NCBI GenBank assembly: GCA_023379025.1
Contig: JAMCTH010000004.1
Location: 19,740-83,739 of the forward strand
DNA length: 64,000 nt
Reading direction: 5' to 3'
From: Patescibacteria group bacterium
Lineage (GTDB): Bacteria; Patescibacteriota; Microgenomatia; UBA10105; UBA927
A program made the position numbers and the translations under genes. The notes under the pieces were generated by a model. The model did no database searches. It was not told the DNA's origin and saw only the letters and a list, made by a program, of their open reading frames with translations. Shown here piece after piece: positions 8,685-22,900 of the stretch (positions are counted from its first letter, which is position 1; each line of letters begins with the position of its first letter).

Positions 8685-9596
8685 ATGAAGAAGCTTTCTA
8701 CTCCGGCCGGATCGGTCATTCTCATCCTCGCGCTGGCTCTCGTTAGTCTTGCGGTCCTTTCCATGACGTTCAGAAACGGCCTCTACAACCACTCAGAGGG
8801 CCGTCCGGTCACGGAACTGCCGCCGGACGTCAAACGCACGCTTACCCCGTCCCCCGCCGCCGCTTCCGACTCAGCGACACCCCAAGTAAAACCTGTCCGT
8901 TACCCCATCCTCATGTACCACTACGTCGAAATCGTGAAAGACCGCCGCGATACCATCCGCCAATCTCTCGATACGCAGCCGGGAGTTCTTCAAAAACAGA
9001 TTGAGACGCTCAAATCCGCAGGGTATACCTTCATCACGCCGTCCGAAGCGACAGACATGATACTCGGCAGGAAACCATGGGTTCAGAAACCCATCACCCT
9101 CTCCTTCGATGACGGCTACGGGGACTTCTACACCGACGTCTTCCCTATCCTCCAAAAAGAAGGGGTGAAAGCGGTGTCGTACGTGGTGCCGGGCTTCATA
9201 GATCATCCGAATTATATGACGCTTCCGGAGCTTCTGGATGTTGCCTCTGACCCCAGGATCGAAATCGGCGCCCATACCATGCACCACGTGTGGCTCAAGG
9301 GCGCCCGCGAGGCCGTTGCCTGGACCGAGATAGACGGCAGCCGTGCGGCCCTGGAAACGCTCCTCAAGCGCCCGATCGTGTCCTTTGCCTACCCGTACGG
9401 GGCCTTTGACAAAGAAACACTGGCGCTTGTTGCCCGCGCCGGTTTTACCAATGCCGCTTCCACGGTTCCCGGCATCGAGCAGTCAGAAGCGAACCGCTTT
9501 TTCCTCTACCGCCTCAGGCCAGGGGCCCGGACCGGCAATATTCTCCTCACCTGGCTCAAGCAGGGCACCTTCAAGGCGTACCCATCTTCCCTTTAG
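8685..9596 (+). CDS. Polysaccharide deacetylase (CE4/NodB), membrane-anchored
   Basis: PILMYH, TLSFDDG, GAHTMHH and FAYPYG motifs; N-terminal TM. Confidence 0.9.
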   Translation: MKKLSTPAGSVILILALALVSLAVLSMTFRNGLYNHSEGRPVTELPPDVKRTLTPSPAAASDSATPQVKPVRYPILMYHYVEIVKDRRDTIRQSLDTQPGVLQKQIETLKSAGYTFITPSEATDMILGRKPWVQKPITLSFDDGYGDFYTDVFPILQKEGVKAVSYVVPGFIDHPNYMTLPELLDVASDPRIEIGAHTMHHVWLKGAREAVAWTEIDGSRAALETLLKRPIVSFAYPYGAFDKETLALVARAGFTNAASTVPGIEQSEANRFFLYRLRPGARTGNILLTWLKQGTFKAYPSSL

Positions 9597-9623
9597 CCTG
9601 TCAGAACGGTATAATTATCGGTC

Positions 9624-10235
9624 ATGGCTCATAGAGTATCGACCGAAATGGAACGATATCGGACGGAAGAACGACAGGCAGATGCACGCGCACGGGAGGC
9701 CTGGCTTACGGATGTGGCCTTCCGGTATGAAACGGATCATTGCGCCAGCGTCGCACTTATCGCACTGTTCGGTCCGGAACCTATCGATTTACGTCGAAAG
9801 GATGACCGTCAAAACACATATGATACGATTGAAGAAATCCGTCGGCTCGCCCAAGAGCACGGATACGCTGTTTCGTATCCTACATCTGTGATTGACTTTA
9901 TCTCCGAATTAGAAAAACCTGCTTGCCGGGGGGCAGTCATCATCATGGATAGCGTCTACGGAGATGAGGTTTTGCACTACATGACCCTTATTCCGACATG
10001 GGATATCGATGAATCTTCAGGAACAGCCACCCGCGCATACCTTCTGGTCGATGTTCCTAGTCCACAAATCAGAAGCACGGAAGCCTACCAAATTGCCAAT
10101 ATCAAATTTCATAAATTTAATGCAGGTGATGTCGCCGAAATGTATGGTTACTCGCAGTTTATGACGTTTGCAGACGGAACCGACCCGCGGTCAATCCTGA
10201 TTTTGCATGATGAATACGGAAATGACGGAGTTTAG
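9624..10235 (+). CDS. Hypothetical protein, possible C39-like cysteine peptidase
   Basis: Spacing of DHCASVAL...LHYMTL...LLVD resembles a Cys-His-Asp triad. Confidence 0.45.
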   Translation: MAHRVSTEMERYRTEERQADARAREAWLTDVAFRYETDHCASVALIALFGPEPIDLRRKDDRQNTYDTIEEIRRLAQEHGYAVSYPTSVIDFISELEKPACRGAVIIMDSVYGDEVLHYMTLIPTWDIDESSGTATRAYLLVDVPSPQIRSTEAYQIANIKFHKFNAGDVAEMYGYSQFMTFADGTDPRSILILHDEYGNDGV

Positions 10236-10852
10236 GTTCCGGCAGCCTGAAGTTTCCGGTACACGTAACCGGTGGCAAGGAGTGTAACCGGAAGTGTTAC
10301 CAGTACGCCAACCCCGAGAGCAAGTATTCCAAGAAGCATAATACAGGCAGCAACGATATCAAATGCAATAAGCTTAAAAACGTGTCCTTCCGTCAAGCCC
10401 CAGCTCATCCGGAGTGAATCTTTCGCACCAAGATGTTTGTCTATAAGACAAAATGCCCAAAACTGAAACCGAATCGAAAGATACAACCCTGGAACAAACA
10501 GACACAGATAACCCACCACAAGGAGGATACTGTAGCAAAAAAGCCCAGTAAAATACTTCAAAACCAGACGATAATTCACCAGAAGTTCGGAAAATTTAGC
10601 TGTTTTTCCGTCAAGCACCGTTAGCGTAATTGTCAGTTTGCCGATTGTTACAATCATCTGGGCTATCCAAAAAAACAGCGATACTCCTACACCTATAAGG
10701 ATTGCGTTATGGTCGATAAGTCTTCTGACGAGAAAACCGGGGATATATGTGATAGACAGGAGTGTAACCGTCAACGGCACCCAAAAACCCCAGTGACCGC
10801 TCAATACGGTCCATCCGTAAGAAATCGCTTCTTTAATCGAAAATTGTTTCAT
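10232..10852 (-). CDS. Integral membrane protein (DUF975-like)
   Basis: 4-5 hydrophobic helices; FVPGLY and SLRMSWGLT motifs. Confidence 0.7.
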   Translation of the reverse strand: MKQFSIKEAISYGWTVLSGHWGFWVPLTVTLLSITYIPGFLVRRLIDHNAILIGVGVSLFFWIAQMIVTIGKLTITLTVLDGKTAKFSELLVNYRLVLKYFTGLFCYSILLVVGYLCLFVPGLYLSIRFQFWAFCLIDKHLGAKDSLRMSWGLTEGHVFKLIAFDIVAACIMLLGILALGVGVLVTLPVTLLATGYVYRKLQAAGT

Positions 10853-10972
10853 ACGATCATTTTTCCGAACAGTCTCCCGTATGTCAAGACTTCATCGCGT
10901 TCCTCTTTTACCATATCTTTCGATTAATAATAAAATCAAACCTATATATCTACACATCAAACTGATCTGCCA

Positions 10973-13900
10973 TCAACGAACCACTGTCATCGCTGATGCC
11001 GTTGCCATATAGGAAAATGTTTGCTGTGTATATGCTTGGATTGTTTGATCATTCGCAATTGCCGTAAAAACAGGATCGTTCGGATAAATCGAATAACCGT
11101 CAATGCCATTACTGTCCTGAAGCTGACTAAATTGCCACAAGAGCACTCCGCCATTGTCCTTCGTGAATTTTTTTACTGCTGACGCAAGCGCCTGTGCGCG
11201 GCCGGCAAACTGTTCCGGAGTACAGCTCGGTGTTCCTGATGCAGAAGAACAGCTGGGCTCACAGTCTTTACAGACTGGCGGTCCATTACCGTGGTCTCCC
11301 AGTTCCCCGACATAAAATACCTTTCCAAGGCTTTGTGTCACTGCCTGAGCCTGCTGGCATTCACGGACACTCTCCGGACTATCGAGATATGCATGGCACG
11401 TCCCGGCGGAGATAAACGGTATCTGCATAATTTTTGTGTACTGAACCCCTCCGTCGGGGTAGGCAAGCACGTTGGTATTAAAACCCATAAGACCGGGAGA
11501 GATTAACACAGTCGGATTACTCTCGTGAATGATTTGCGCGGCATCGGTCATAAGAGCAATTTCTGCCGTACCGCATTCAGCCGTATCGCAGTGGGGCTCG
11601 TTAAACAGTTCAACAGCCAAGATTCGTTTGTTATATACGGTATTGGCCAAAACCGAATTTGAAATCTGTTTGATATACGGAATATAACTATCGTACGCTC
11701 CCTTCTGAAACCATTTCATGCGGCTTCCGGTACATGCGGGCGGATCCGTACACTGATACTGGGGATCGATCTCACCGAAATTGGCGAGGGAGATAATAAA
11801 CTTCATATCCGGTGCGTCGGCCGGTACATGATCCAGTACCGCCAGGATGGATTGTTCATCGAAACCGAATATCCGTACCACGGTAACTCCCTGCGCATGA
11901 AGATACGAAAGGGTTTTTGCCACTTGTTCCGGCGACCCTTTTCCGAGATTAAACGAGTTGAATCCGATAAAGTTGTTTTGTGTTACGGTAATGGCAGTGC
12001 CGGACGCTTTCGTTTGCGGAGAAGGACATGGTTCCGATTCACTACCGCATTGTATAATCGCATGGTTCGTGCTTCTGACGTCCGCAACATACCCCGGAAG
12101 ATAACCTTTCCCACCTCTTAAACCGCTTGACGAAGTAACAGGAAGACGAATGATGCGCTGAATAGACGTCACTATGGCATTCCATACCGATGCCAGAAAT
12201 TCCCAACCGCGCCGGAATATCCCCGACAGTGCGTTCCGTAACCCGTCAAGGAACCCCGGACCCTCTGGCTTTTCTTTGACATTTTTAAGCGGCATCGTTA
12301 CCGGTGTCGGGGTGGGTGTCACGGATGACAAGCCAGGGATAAGCGTCGGGGATGCATACGGTTCTGAACCGGTAGGACTCGGAAGAAGTGCAATATTGCC
12401 CCGGTAGAGGTAGGGTGTCGGGGTCGGAGCTCTTGCAACCGGAGGGTAATAATAGGTGTTTTGTCCGGTTTGATACGGAGTAGGGGTTGCGGTTGGAGCG
12501 GGTGTCGGCGTTGCCGTCGGAACGGGCGTCGGTGTTGCGGTAGGCGTCGGTGTTGGTGTAGGGGTGGGAGTTGCGGTCGGAATTGGCGTGGGTGTTGCCG
12601 TCGGAACGGGAGTGGGCGTTGCGGTAGGCGTCGGTGTTGGTGTAGGGGTGGGAGTTGCTGTCGGCAAGAGATATACCAGTGCCGGACCTCCTCCTATCGG
12701 CCCGGAAACCGCCGCGGAAGCTTGTGCCTGTATTCCGCCGCTTGATTGATTGGTCCCTCCGCCGCCGGACGACGAGGACGGCGATGAAGGCGTTTGCGGA
12801 GCCACAGATGATGCTCCCGGAGCCGGAGCCGGCGCAGGCGTCACATGAGGAAGATTCACCAAACCGGACAAACCAACCGTCGGCCAGGTAGGCAGGGAAT
12901 AGCCTGTTTCAGCGTTCTGAGGCAGAAGCGCACCAGTCACTGACTGCGCACTTCCCAATGACTGTGCCCGGGCAGTTTGGACGATCGTCTCCAGAATATT
13001 TTCTCCCTGGCCGATATATTCCCTGCCGTTAAACACCTTGGTCTTGTAATAGTCATAGAGGAGCGGAAAATCGTTTTTGAGCTGCTCGGGATGGACGACA
13101 TACTGGGTACCCGCACAGGCGAAGAATTCCATCCTTCCGCCAACGCTGCAGTTATAATCATGACTCAGAACTGTGTTCGCCGAATAGGCGGCTGCCTTCC
13201 CGTCACCCGGACGGAACTCGATATTATATGTTGCCAAAATCGCCCGGTAATCGCTTCTCTCACTGGCTAACCCCACCATCGTCCCTCCCTGATTTGGCGC
13301 GGATAATACCGCATACCGCTGCATATCCCAGGTATGAATGAGCTCATGGATGATCGCGGAAGCATAAGATTCTCTATAATAATTATCGTCAGGGCGTAAC
13401 GGCCATGGAATCATGATTGAGGAGTTTCCCCATGCCTCGCCGCCGAGATATCCCTGATCTACATTCGAGCGCATCATGAGATCAATTAACCGGCCGGTCG
13501 AGAGATTTGGCGGGAGGATAGCAAGCGTATTATCGAGGATATTGAGCTCATCCGGCGTCCAGTAACCTCTTGTCGCCAAAACCTTTATATTGTATTTTGC
13601 ATCCAACGCCAATTGCTGCGCTACCGTTGAATAAGCCAGTTGGGCTATTTCCCCCGCACGCTGTACATCGGTAATGATGGTAAACGTATAATCCGATCCG
13701 CATTCTAGTGTATGTCCGGAGGTATCGAGCATATAATCACCCGGCAGGCACTCACCGTTCCATTTCTTCTCGGGCGTACAGGTTACGACCCGGGTCTTAC
13801 TCGGGAGTACTTCCATATCCCCGGTTGTGCATGTTTGGTTAGCCAATTCGGCCAGTCGGGCTTTGTCTGCCGCATCAATTGCTGCGATGGCACTGTTCCT

Positions 13901-16900
13901 TTGTAAATCCTGGGCAGAAAGACCGCTGAGTCTCAGGCGTATAGCATCAACCGGAGGCAGTATGTTGTCGCAAAGCCATTCCGATACCGGTTCACCGGTA
14001 TTCAGACAATAGGCTTCCGACGCTCCCGCAATACCAACAGTTATACCGCCTGCTAATAAAAGTTTTCTTCCGTTGATGGCAGGTAATTGTATCGCGCCGC
14101 CTCTTCCCGTATTGGAGGCCAATTCTTCCGCCGTCAGGGTAAAGACATCCGGATCCCGTCCCGGGTTAAGGATGCTTATCCTCAGGCTGGACGATGCCGG
14201 ATTTTGAGCGCTCGTGCGGGCGGTATTGATGGCTTGCACCGCCTCCTGATCATTCATAGGATGGGCGACTATTCTGTTCACTTCCTTGCCGTTTTCATCA
14301 AACACCGTGATGGTCACTTCCGATCCGGTTCCGATCGGGTGCTCCTCCCGCACGAGCCCACCGAGATAGCGTTTTTCTATGGTGAGGACGGGATTTTCTA
14401 CAGGAGGCTGTTCTTTGATGCCGAAGATACGCCGTATCGTCTGCCCTGGGGTTCTCCCGGCAAGTTCCTGACTACTGAGAGGCGCCACCGTTGTAACCGT
14501 CTGACCTTCTGCTGGTGTCAAATGCATGGGGCTTTCAACTGCTCCTGCAGGATGCGGTCCGGGAAGGATGGTAATCCTGTCTCCCTGAAATCGGACCGGA
14601 ATTTCTGATCCGTCAATGCGTTGAATGATAATCTGGTCACCGTAGGATACCGGAGTCGTACCCAGGGATATTTCTGTCCGGACAATGTTTCCGCCGGGAT
14701 CCCTTGTCATCCGGAAGAGTTTATCTTCAGGGAGAAATCCGACTTCCGGCTGATCTCCTATGAGCACTCTTGTACCGGGTCGTGGAGTAAATGTAGTTAC
14801 GGGGTGTTCCATCCCAACCAATTCCTGCTGCACGGCATCTACCCGCGCCCGCGCGATATCGAGCCGGGATTGCGCGGCATTCCTTGCCTCGGCGGTAGTA
14901 GTACCCGTATAGGCATTGGTGGCATCGACGAGCTCACGCTCGGCCGCCTCCACTTCAGCCTGTACGGCCGCAAGTGTTCTGGTTGCTGCACCTGTCGGAA
15001 CCCCGCCGGTGCCGCCCAACAATGTCGGGCGCTCATTCCAGAGTGTGCGGAGCCGACCAAGAATTCCGCCGGATCCGGCTCCTCCGGCAGTTTCCATCGG
15101 TACCAGACCGGACTGCGCAAGAGATGCGGCAGCGGCCTGCTGTCGGGCTTCTCGAGTAATCAAATCAACCAACTTTTGGTTCTCTTGTGCAATTTTGGAC
15201 CTCAAAACCGGAGCTACCGGCTTCCCTGCCGCTTCTGCAGTTGTCTGCTCGGTAATAAGCTCTGATAGATTCTTTCTAGTAGCTTCCAAATCCGCCTCCG
15301 TTTGGGCAATTAATGCATTAAGATCTGAAGAACTTGTTGTAACTACGGGTTCAACTGCTGGTGCTGTACCGGTTACAGGTACTCCTCCTGCTGTCGTTGG
15401 CGTCACGACACTTACCCCCCTGCCTCCGGGTGTCTCAAACCGGAGAGAGCCATCCCGGGAAAGGATCTGGATCGAGTCGACAGAGGCGGTCGGGACATTG
15501 GCAACGGTTGGGGTGGTCCCGACCGGAAACTCCCGGGTAGCGCCATTGGTAAACCGGATGACCACGCGGTCTCCGTCTGCCAAGGCCGGAGAGGTAATTG
15601 CATTGCCACTCGCGTTGGTCGTTCTCACGGTTTGCCCCGGACGGAAGTCAGAAATCGTTGCACCGGAAACAGTTTCACCACTTGGTTGAAGTGCTGGTTC
15701 TCCAGAATAAAGCACATTTGCTTTAATTTTATTTGCGATTTCTTCACTCTGATAAAATAATTGCGTTTGTGGATCATAAAAATACCCACCTGCTTCTTTT
15801 CCTAGCTGTATTGGATCAATCGGTCTGCCTTCTGGAAGTTTCCCTTCCATTATTTGATAGACTTCTGCATATGTTAATGGTCTGTACTGTCCTACTGTCG
15901 GAAATGCTTGATCTTGAAATTGACTTGTAATAGCAAGCATTTGATCTTCTACTTGCACAGCTGTTGTTTCGGCACTAACAGGAATTTCAAATCTATAAAC
16001 ATTATCAGCTTCGAGATATCTCGCACCTAGGCGTACAGCAATAGCTTTATTCTCTGCAGATAATCCGTCTGCTGGTATCTCTAAATACGCTACACTACCT
16101 ACGTTTTTACCATTAGCACTGGTCACGGATGTAGGAATATTCTTATCCCATAAGTCTCTTGTTGGTCTTAACAATGGCGCTTCAATGATATCATCGAGTT
16201 GTGCTCTAGAACGAATAATATCGGCACTTACTTCTATTGCGGGCACATCCCTAACCAGTAAGTTATCTGCAAATGGTCTGGATCCCAAAGAATTGAAAAC
16301 TAGTTGTGTTTGTGTGCTTGGTGTCACGACGCTCACGCCTCGTCCACCTGGGGTCTCAAACCGGAGGGAGCCATCCCGGGAAAGGATCTGGATCGAGTCG
16401 ACAGAGGCGGTCGGGACATTGGCAACGGTTGGGGTGGTCCCGACCGGAAACTCCCGGGTAGCGCCATTGGTAAACCGGATGACCACGCGGTCTCCGTCTG
16501 CCAAGGCCGGAGAGGTAATCGCGTTGCCACTCGCGTTGGTCGTTCTCACGGTTTGCCCCGGACGGAAGTCGGAGATTACATCTCCGGCTGTCGGACGGAC
16601 CGAACTGGTCACCGGCTGGACCGCCGGTGGTCGTGGCGGTGTGGTACCGAGTCCGGAGCGGGCATATGAAGCTGCGGCTGCCTCCTGACGGGTCAACTGC
16701 GACGAAAGATCCGTTGCTTGCTGCTCCAGTCGTGCGAGTTGCTGCTCAAGCGCGGGATCTACAGTCTGTCCCGCAGTACGAAGCGCCGTAATCTGACGAT
16801 CCAGATCTCCTGCGGCAACCCGTACGCTTGCTAAATCATATTGTGTCTGCCGTACCAAAGAGCTTATCATAGCCTCTGATGAATCCAGTGGCGGCACGCC

Positions 16901-19900
16901 GGGTCTGCCGCTTGGCCGGTAAAAAAGATCCCGGATACGCTCGAGGAGACTTCTGTCTGTTACCGATAGTTGCGCGCTTGACGCAGCAAATGACTGCTTA
17001 CCCGGCGGGGATATAACCACTCCGTCTCCAGGTAAAATTCTCAGGGGTGCTTCCGTCCCGCCTATCGTTCCGGTTCCTGTCGGACGGCCGAAACGGTCAT
17101 AGACCGTTACCGTATCCCCGTTGTGAAGGATGACAGTATCAGTCACGGCACCATCAGGAGAAGTTTTGAGAAGCTTCATCCCGGAAGTGAGGACGGTTCC
17201 CTCAGAAGGTGCGGCTACAATAGGCGGCACCGTCACCTGAGAAACGACGGGTAAAGCGCTTCCGGAAGGCGCAACGACGACATTCGGCACATACTCTGAC
17301 GCCCGGAATACTTCAACTCCTTTGCCGGGAAGTACGACCACGTTTGTTGATGCGGTACCGCTCGTGACCCGTACGGCCGTCACATCACTCGGGTCATACC
17401 TGAGCCCTATGGGTTCTGCACCAACAGTGATCGTTTGGCGTTCAGGGATAAGACCAAGAATTTTTTCACGATAGGTGACGGTAACGACATCACCGGCCCG
17501 CAATTCCTGACCGATATTCTGGTAAGTAACGCCGTTTCTCGGAGTCATAATCCGGTCACCCGCTACAAGGCTATATGACGTTCTCGGCCCAGTGATCGTC
17601 GGAGGCATCTCCGAGTCAACAATTGCAGCCCATTGCGAATCAACCGATACCCCTCTGACCACCACGGGGAAACGGTTCCCCGTCACGTCTGCCGCAGCAA
17701 ACCCAAGTGAATCTCCCTGTGTATCATAAAGTACATAAGCGCGCAGGTCTCCGTTCTGAATCTGTTGAATAACATCTCCCGGGAGTTCCTGCAGCGCTTC
17801 CGGAGAAGATGCGGCAAACTCGGGGGTAACCGGTGTCGCGACAACACTTCCCCGTACGGTGACGGTGCCCGGTGAGGGCGCCTCAGGCGGTACCGGCGGA
17901 ATTTCTACCGGTGCCGTAGCAACTACCGGTGCCGGGGACACCGGAGGCTCAGCCGGAGGACGATAAAAGATATCGCGGATACGTTCGAAAATAGTTCTGC
18001 TTGACTGTTGGATTTCCGTGCGCGCTGCAGCAAATGACGGCTCACCCGGCGGAGTGATTACCACGCTGTCCGAGCCGGATAGCGTAAGCGGAGCCTGAAT
18101 CTGACCCAACGGCTGAGACTGCACAATCGGCCGGCCGGCACCGTCATACATCGATATCCTGTCTCCGGTATGTAGAATAATGCTGTCCGTGACCGTTCCG
18201 TCAGGAGAGACTTTCACGAGTTTCATCCCCGGTTGCAGTGCAAGTTCCGTATCCTGCGCGGTTAGTGAGACCTGCGGAATTGTGGCTGTCGGATATTGGC
18301 GCTCGAGAGTAGCTAGGTTTTCATTAAAACGCGCGACCACATTCTGGCTTGTGTATGCCGGCTCCGCGGATACGAGAAAGTCCGTTACTTGACGATCTGC
18401 ATAGACTGCTACCCCATCTGCAGTCATTCTGAAATTTACCGGAGCCATATCCGCGACGAAGCCGTGCTCTGCTAATGCCTCGGCGGTCCGGACGACACCC
18501 GGAATATCAGCTAGTTCCGGCTGAGATCCTTCAAGATAACGCGTCAGGATAAGCACAGAGCCATCGGGTTGAGAAATGACTTCTGTTGGGGGAATAAGTC
18601 CTTCTAAATCCCGGACGCGCAGCTGTACCTGCTGTATATTGCTTCCTACCGCCCGCTGGTAGACAACATATCGGGAACCGTTTGCGCGGCGGATGAGGTT
18701 CAGTTCAATTCCGTCGTTCTGAATGACCCGATCAATACCGGTTATGTCAGGTACGGAATCGAGAGCACGTGAAATTGCCCGATTAAACGGCTGGCTTCTA
18801 AATTCTGGAACCGTATATGATTTTGTAATGGCTTCAAGATGACTCAGTGCGTAATCGGAAAGAGCGACATATACATCAGGTGTTAGGAGCGTTGCCGTAT
18901 TTGCTCGAATATAGGCAATCTTGTCCGGTATCGACAGACCAAAATACTCACTCGGTAATTTCCCGGGTTCTATAAACGATTCAAGTTGCCTGAGCATGGC
19001 ATCGCTCACTCCGCTGCCTTGCGGCTGATCCGTAAACCGCGTCGCTATGTTTAACCACTCGTCAGCAACCGTTCTCCCATACGACTGCGGTGTCAGGATC
19101 CCCGGCGGTGTCAGGTGTTGGCCTTCTGTAAGCTGTGGGGCCTGTACAGGTGGTTCGATAATCGGTGGTTCCGGCGGACGTGCGAGCGTCGGAACATGCT
19201 CTGCATCCAGTATTGCCCCCCACTGCTTGAAATTGTCTACATGGACTGCCGGAGCAAACAGTGTGCCGTCGGTAGTCCGTGTCGCAAAGCCGAGCGAGTG
19301 GCCGTTTGTATCGGAGATGACGTAGACGGTCGCTCTCCCTGAAATGACGTCGTTTCTCAGTGTCTGCGGTACCGATGCCCATGCTTCCTCAGACCCCTGC
19401 GCAAATGCAGGCGTGACCGGCGTCGCTATGACATCCCCGGTATAGGGCACGATCCCTACCGCACCCGAAGAAACCGTCACCGGCGCTGCGCCTGGGGATT
19501 CAAAGGTCATGACTCCCCTGCTATTGACGACACGGATGCCCGCAATATCGGACTCCGGAACATTCACGGCCACCGGATCCGAACCCACGGCAAACTCCCG
19601 GGTCGCCGTTGTTCCTTTAAATGAAACCACCACGCGGTCACCCTCCTGAAGGGTCGTTGTAACGGGCAACGGATTTCCCGGTTCCCGGGAAAGTAACGTC
19701 TGTCCCGGACGGAAATCGGCAATAACCTCTGAACCCGGCAGCGCTTCTGCCGGGATTGACCGTGATGGTGGCACGACAGCCGGTGCAACCGGAGCTTCCG
19801 GTGCCGGAACTGCCGGTTCCTTCGGACCGAAAAACCGGTTCCACAGCGCCTGCAACGGATTCTGTCTGGGTACGGCGGGCACCCCTGCCTGAGCAACAGG

Positions 19901-22900
19901 AATTTCCTGTGCCTGCCGTAGCGATTCCGGAACCGGCACAACTTCAACCCGGGTCAGTGTCACGTCGACCGGGGCGTTCCCCACAATCTTCGTATTACCG
20001 GCTGCATCCGTCACCCGGATATTCGAAACGCGTTCTCCAACCCGTATGTCGGTGAATATATGCGGCTGCTCCTGGTAGACGGTCGCAGATACCCGCCTCC
20101 CGGTCGAAAGCGTCAACTCTACAGTGTCGCCTACATCAATCTTGCCTGTATCCAACACCGTCTGCACACCGTCCTGCTCTCTCAGTGTTATTCTGTCCCC
20201 GACTTGAAGGGAAAAGGGATTTTCGGGTGTAATCGGTTCGTTGGCCGCAGAGCGGGTAAGTACCCGGACCTGCGTCGGGCCGGCCTCAGCAGATGCGCCG
20301 GCTCCCGGACCGATTGTTGGCGCGTGTTCGGCATCGAGGATTGCCGCCCACTGCGTATCAACCGGTACATCAGAGACCACAACCGGAAGCCTGTTCGTCC
20401 GGACATTGCCGACGGCAAATCCGAGTGAACTCCCTTGGGTATCCGAAAGTACATACGCCGTCAGCTCTCCGCTTCTGATCTGGTCAATCACATCTGCCGG
20501 AATAGCATCCAAGGCTTCCGGAGATGTTGCCGCAAAGTCAGCAGTTACCGGTGTAGCAACCACGCGGCCTTTGACCGTAGCAGCGTCCTCAAGAACCACC
20601 GGTGCATCCGCCGGAGGCGCGATAGCCGGTATCTCAGGTGCTCCGGCAAGCTGCTGCGCCGGACGGACCGCCGGTTGTCTGTTAAACCAACGGTCAAAGA
20701 GAGACGGCGTATCCGTCCGGACGAACCCGTATGCCGTATCCGGCGCCGGAGCGCGGAAGGTCTGGACGCGGGCGTTTGCAGCATCCGGGACAAAGCGAAT
20801 CTGCTGTCCACGGACGGTTTCGTAACTTGCCGCAAGAGATGTTGCCGTCGTTTCATCTAGCCGCGCCGCGCGAAGCACCGTTCCGCTGTCGTCCAGAATC
20901 TGGATCTCTCCGGCAACACCGCTGTTTCTGATCCCGGTATACACGCGGTCCAGCGTATTGGTCACCGCCATCTGATCCTGGAATTTCGGAATCGGCGATG
21001 AAGAGAATCTGTTTTCAATGGCAAGCACCGCATCCTCTGCTTTACTCAAAGTCCGCGTAATCGCGCTGTCACTCCCGAAAATCTTACTGCTTATGACCGA
21101 AGCCGCACCCGGAAGCTGATGCAACATCGGACCTTCCTGTGCCAATGCAACCGGCTGCTGGACCACGCGCATACGCGGTATCGACGTTGCCTGCCCTACG
21201 TCCACCGTCGCATGACCCCCGCCACTAGTCTGTGATTCAAGAAACTTACCCCGGGTCACACCTTGTCCACCTGCTCGGTCTGCGTAGTATTCTGACAATC
21301 CACCGTCAATATTCGTTACCCTCGGATCTATAGGCACTCCTCCTTCGCTATGCCCATGCACGATCCCTTTCCCTCCGTATTGCCGAAGCATCATATCCAC
21401 ACCCTGGGAATTCAATTGACCTCGAGTTGTCAAGTCACCGGCTAATTCGCGAAGGGTCTTCGTCACGGTCCTGCCGGATGCATCGGTGAATGTTGCACTG
21501 CCTTTTTGTAAAATCGTACGGATATTGGCATTCACCTCGTCTACCGTCCGCCCGTATTGCAGATAGTTCACGGTATCGGCATGAAAATATAGGAGTCCAT
21601 CATTCAAATCAATCGCCTTAAGTGATTTCAGAAACTGCGCAACCTGTGGCTTCCCGTGAAGTTCAATGAGATCTGCAACGGTTGCGCCCGGATCGATGGG
21701 AGAAGTCTGCGCGGCAAGTTGAGCCGCTTCCTGAATACTCATGCCTCGACTAATAAAACTTTCCATTTGGTCATAGCTATAGACCATAGCCGCATCATGA
21801 TTGCCGAGAAACGTCTTAACCCGAAGCTGTCCTGTTGTTGGATTTACACCCGCCTCCCGCTGCAGATTCATAATCCGTTCTGCGGTTCCGACGGATGAAA
21901 CGCCTGTCGGCGCCCGGTCCACAAAATCACCGGTTAAGACCAGTTCATCATTCGGACCGCCGATCCAATGTCCTGACGGATCAAGGAGTTGCTTCCCAAC
22001 AACTTTTCCTTCAACGGATCTGGACTGTCCGCTCGTCATCCGGACGAGTTGATCCCAATCACCATGAACATCTCCTACGGCTACAGAAGTTCTCCCAACG
22101 CCTGCAGTAGCACGTACTGTAATCCTCTGGTTCAAACTATCCAAAAACTGTTGCCTTGCGCCCTTGAGCGTTTGCTCTACATCGGTGGCAAGCGTCTGGT
22201 TTGAAAGCATGCGCTGCGCCTCATTCCTTGCCCAGCCGGAACCGATGATTTGCCGGTCAAAATACTCCCCGGCAGCCCGCTGTATTTCCTGGCGGATTAC
22301 CCTTTCGTCAGTGATGCCCTGCGCAATCAGTTCCTGTGCCCTGTTTCTTGCAGCAGCATTTAGGCCTTCATTAATATTTGGTGCGATACCTTTGGAAACA
22401 TCTCCTATCTGCGATTGGGCCGATCTAGCCAGTCGGACTGGCTCAGCAACCGGAGCAGGCGGGGCTACAACCCGTGGTTGAACCCGCAGATAGTACCGTA
22501 CTCCTGCCGGCGTGGTAACAGCATCTACCGTAGCTCTTCCTATCTGATTATTGACAATGTCGCCAGTGAGTCCCCGAATTTGCTGCTCAACCTGCCGAGC
22601 TATACCCAAATCTCCCGTTGTCGCATAGACCTGGTCAAATACCAGGGAATTACCGCTTCTACTTGGATTGGTTCTGGGATCCAGCCACGCATTCACCCGG
22701 TCGCGGATCGCCTGCCGGGTTGCGGTATTTAGTTGATCCACCGATGCAGCTCCCTGAGTATTCGTCCGCCCGGCAAATTGCTGCAACTGTGTGTCCAGGT
22801 CATCTGTTATCCCGTTGATAATTGGTCGCACTTGCGTATCGACCACATTTTTGGGAATATTTCTGTTGATCCGCATGGTCACTGCTGCTTCTTCCGGTGT

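Noticed and set aside
15402-16576. DGR template/variable repeat pair
   Set aside because: Differences are few, mostly synonymous and not adenine-specific; no reverse transcriptase in the window.
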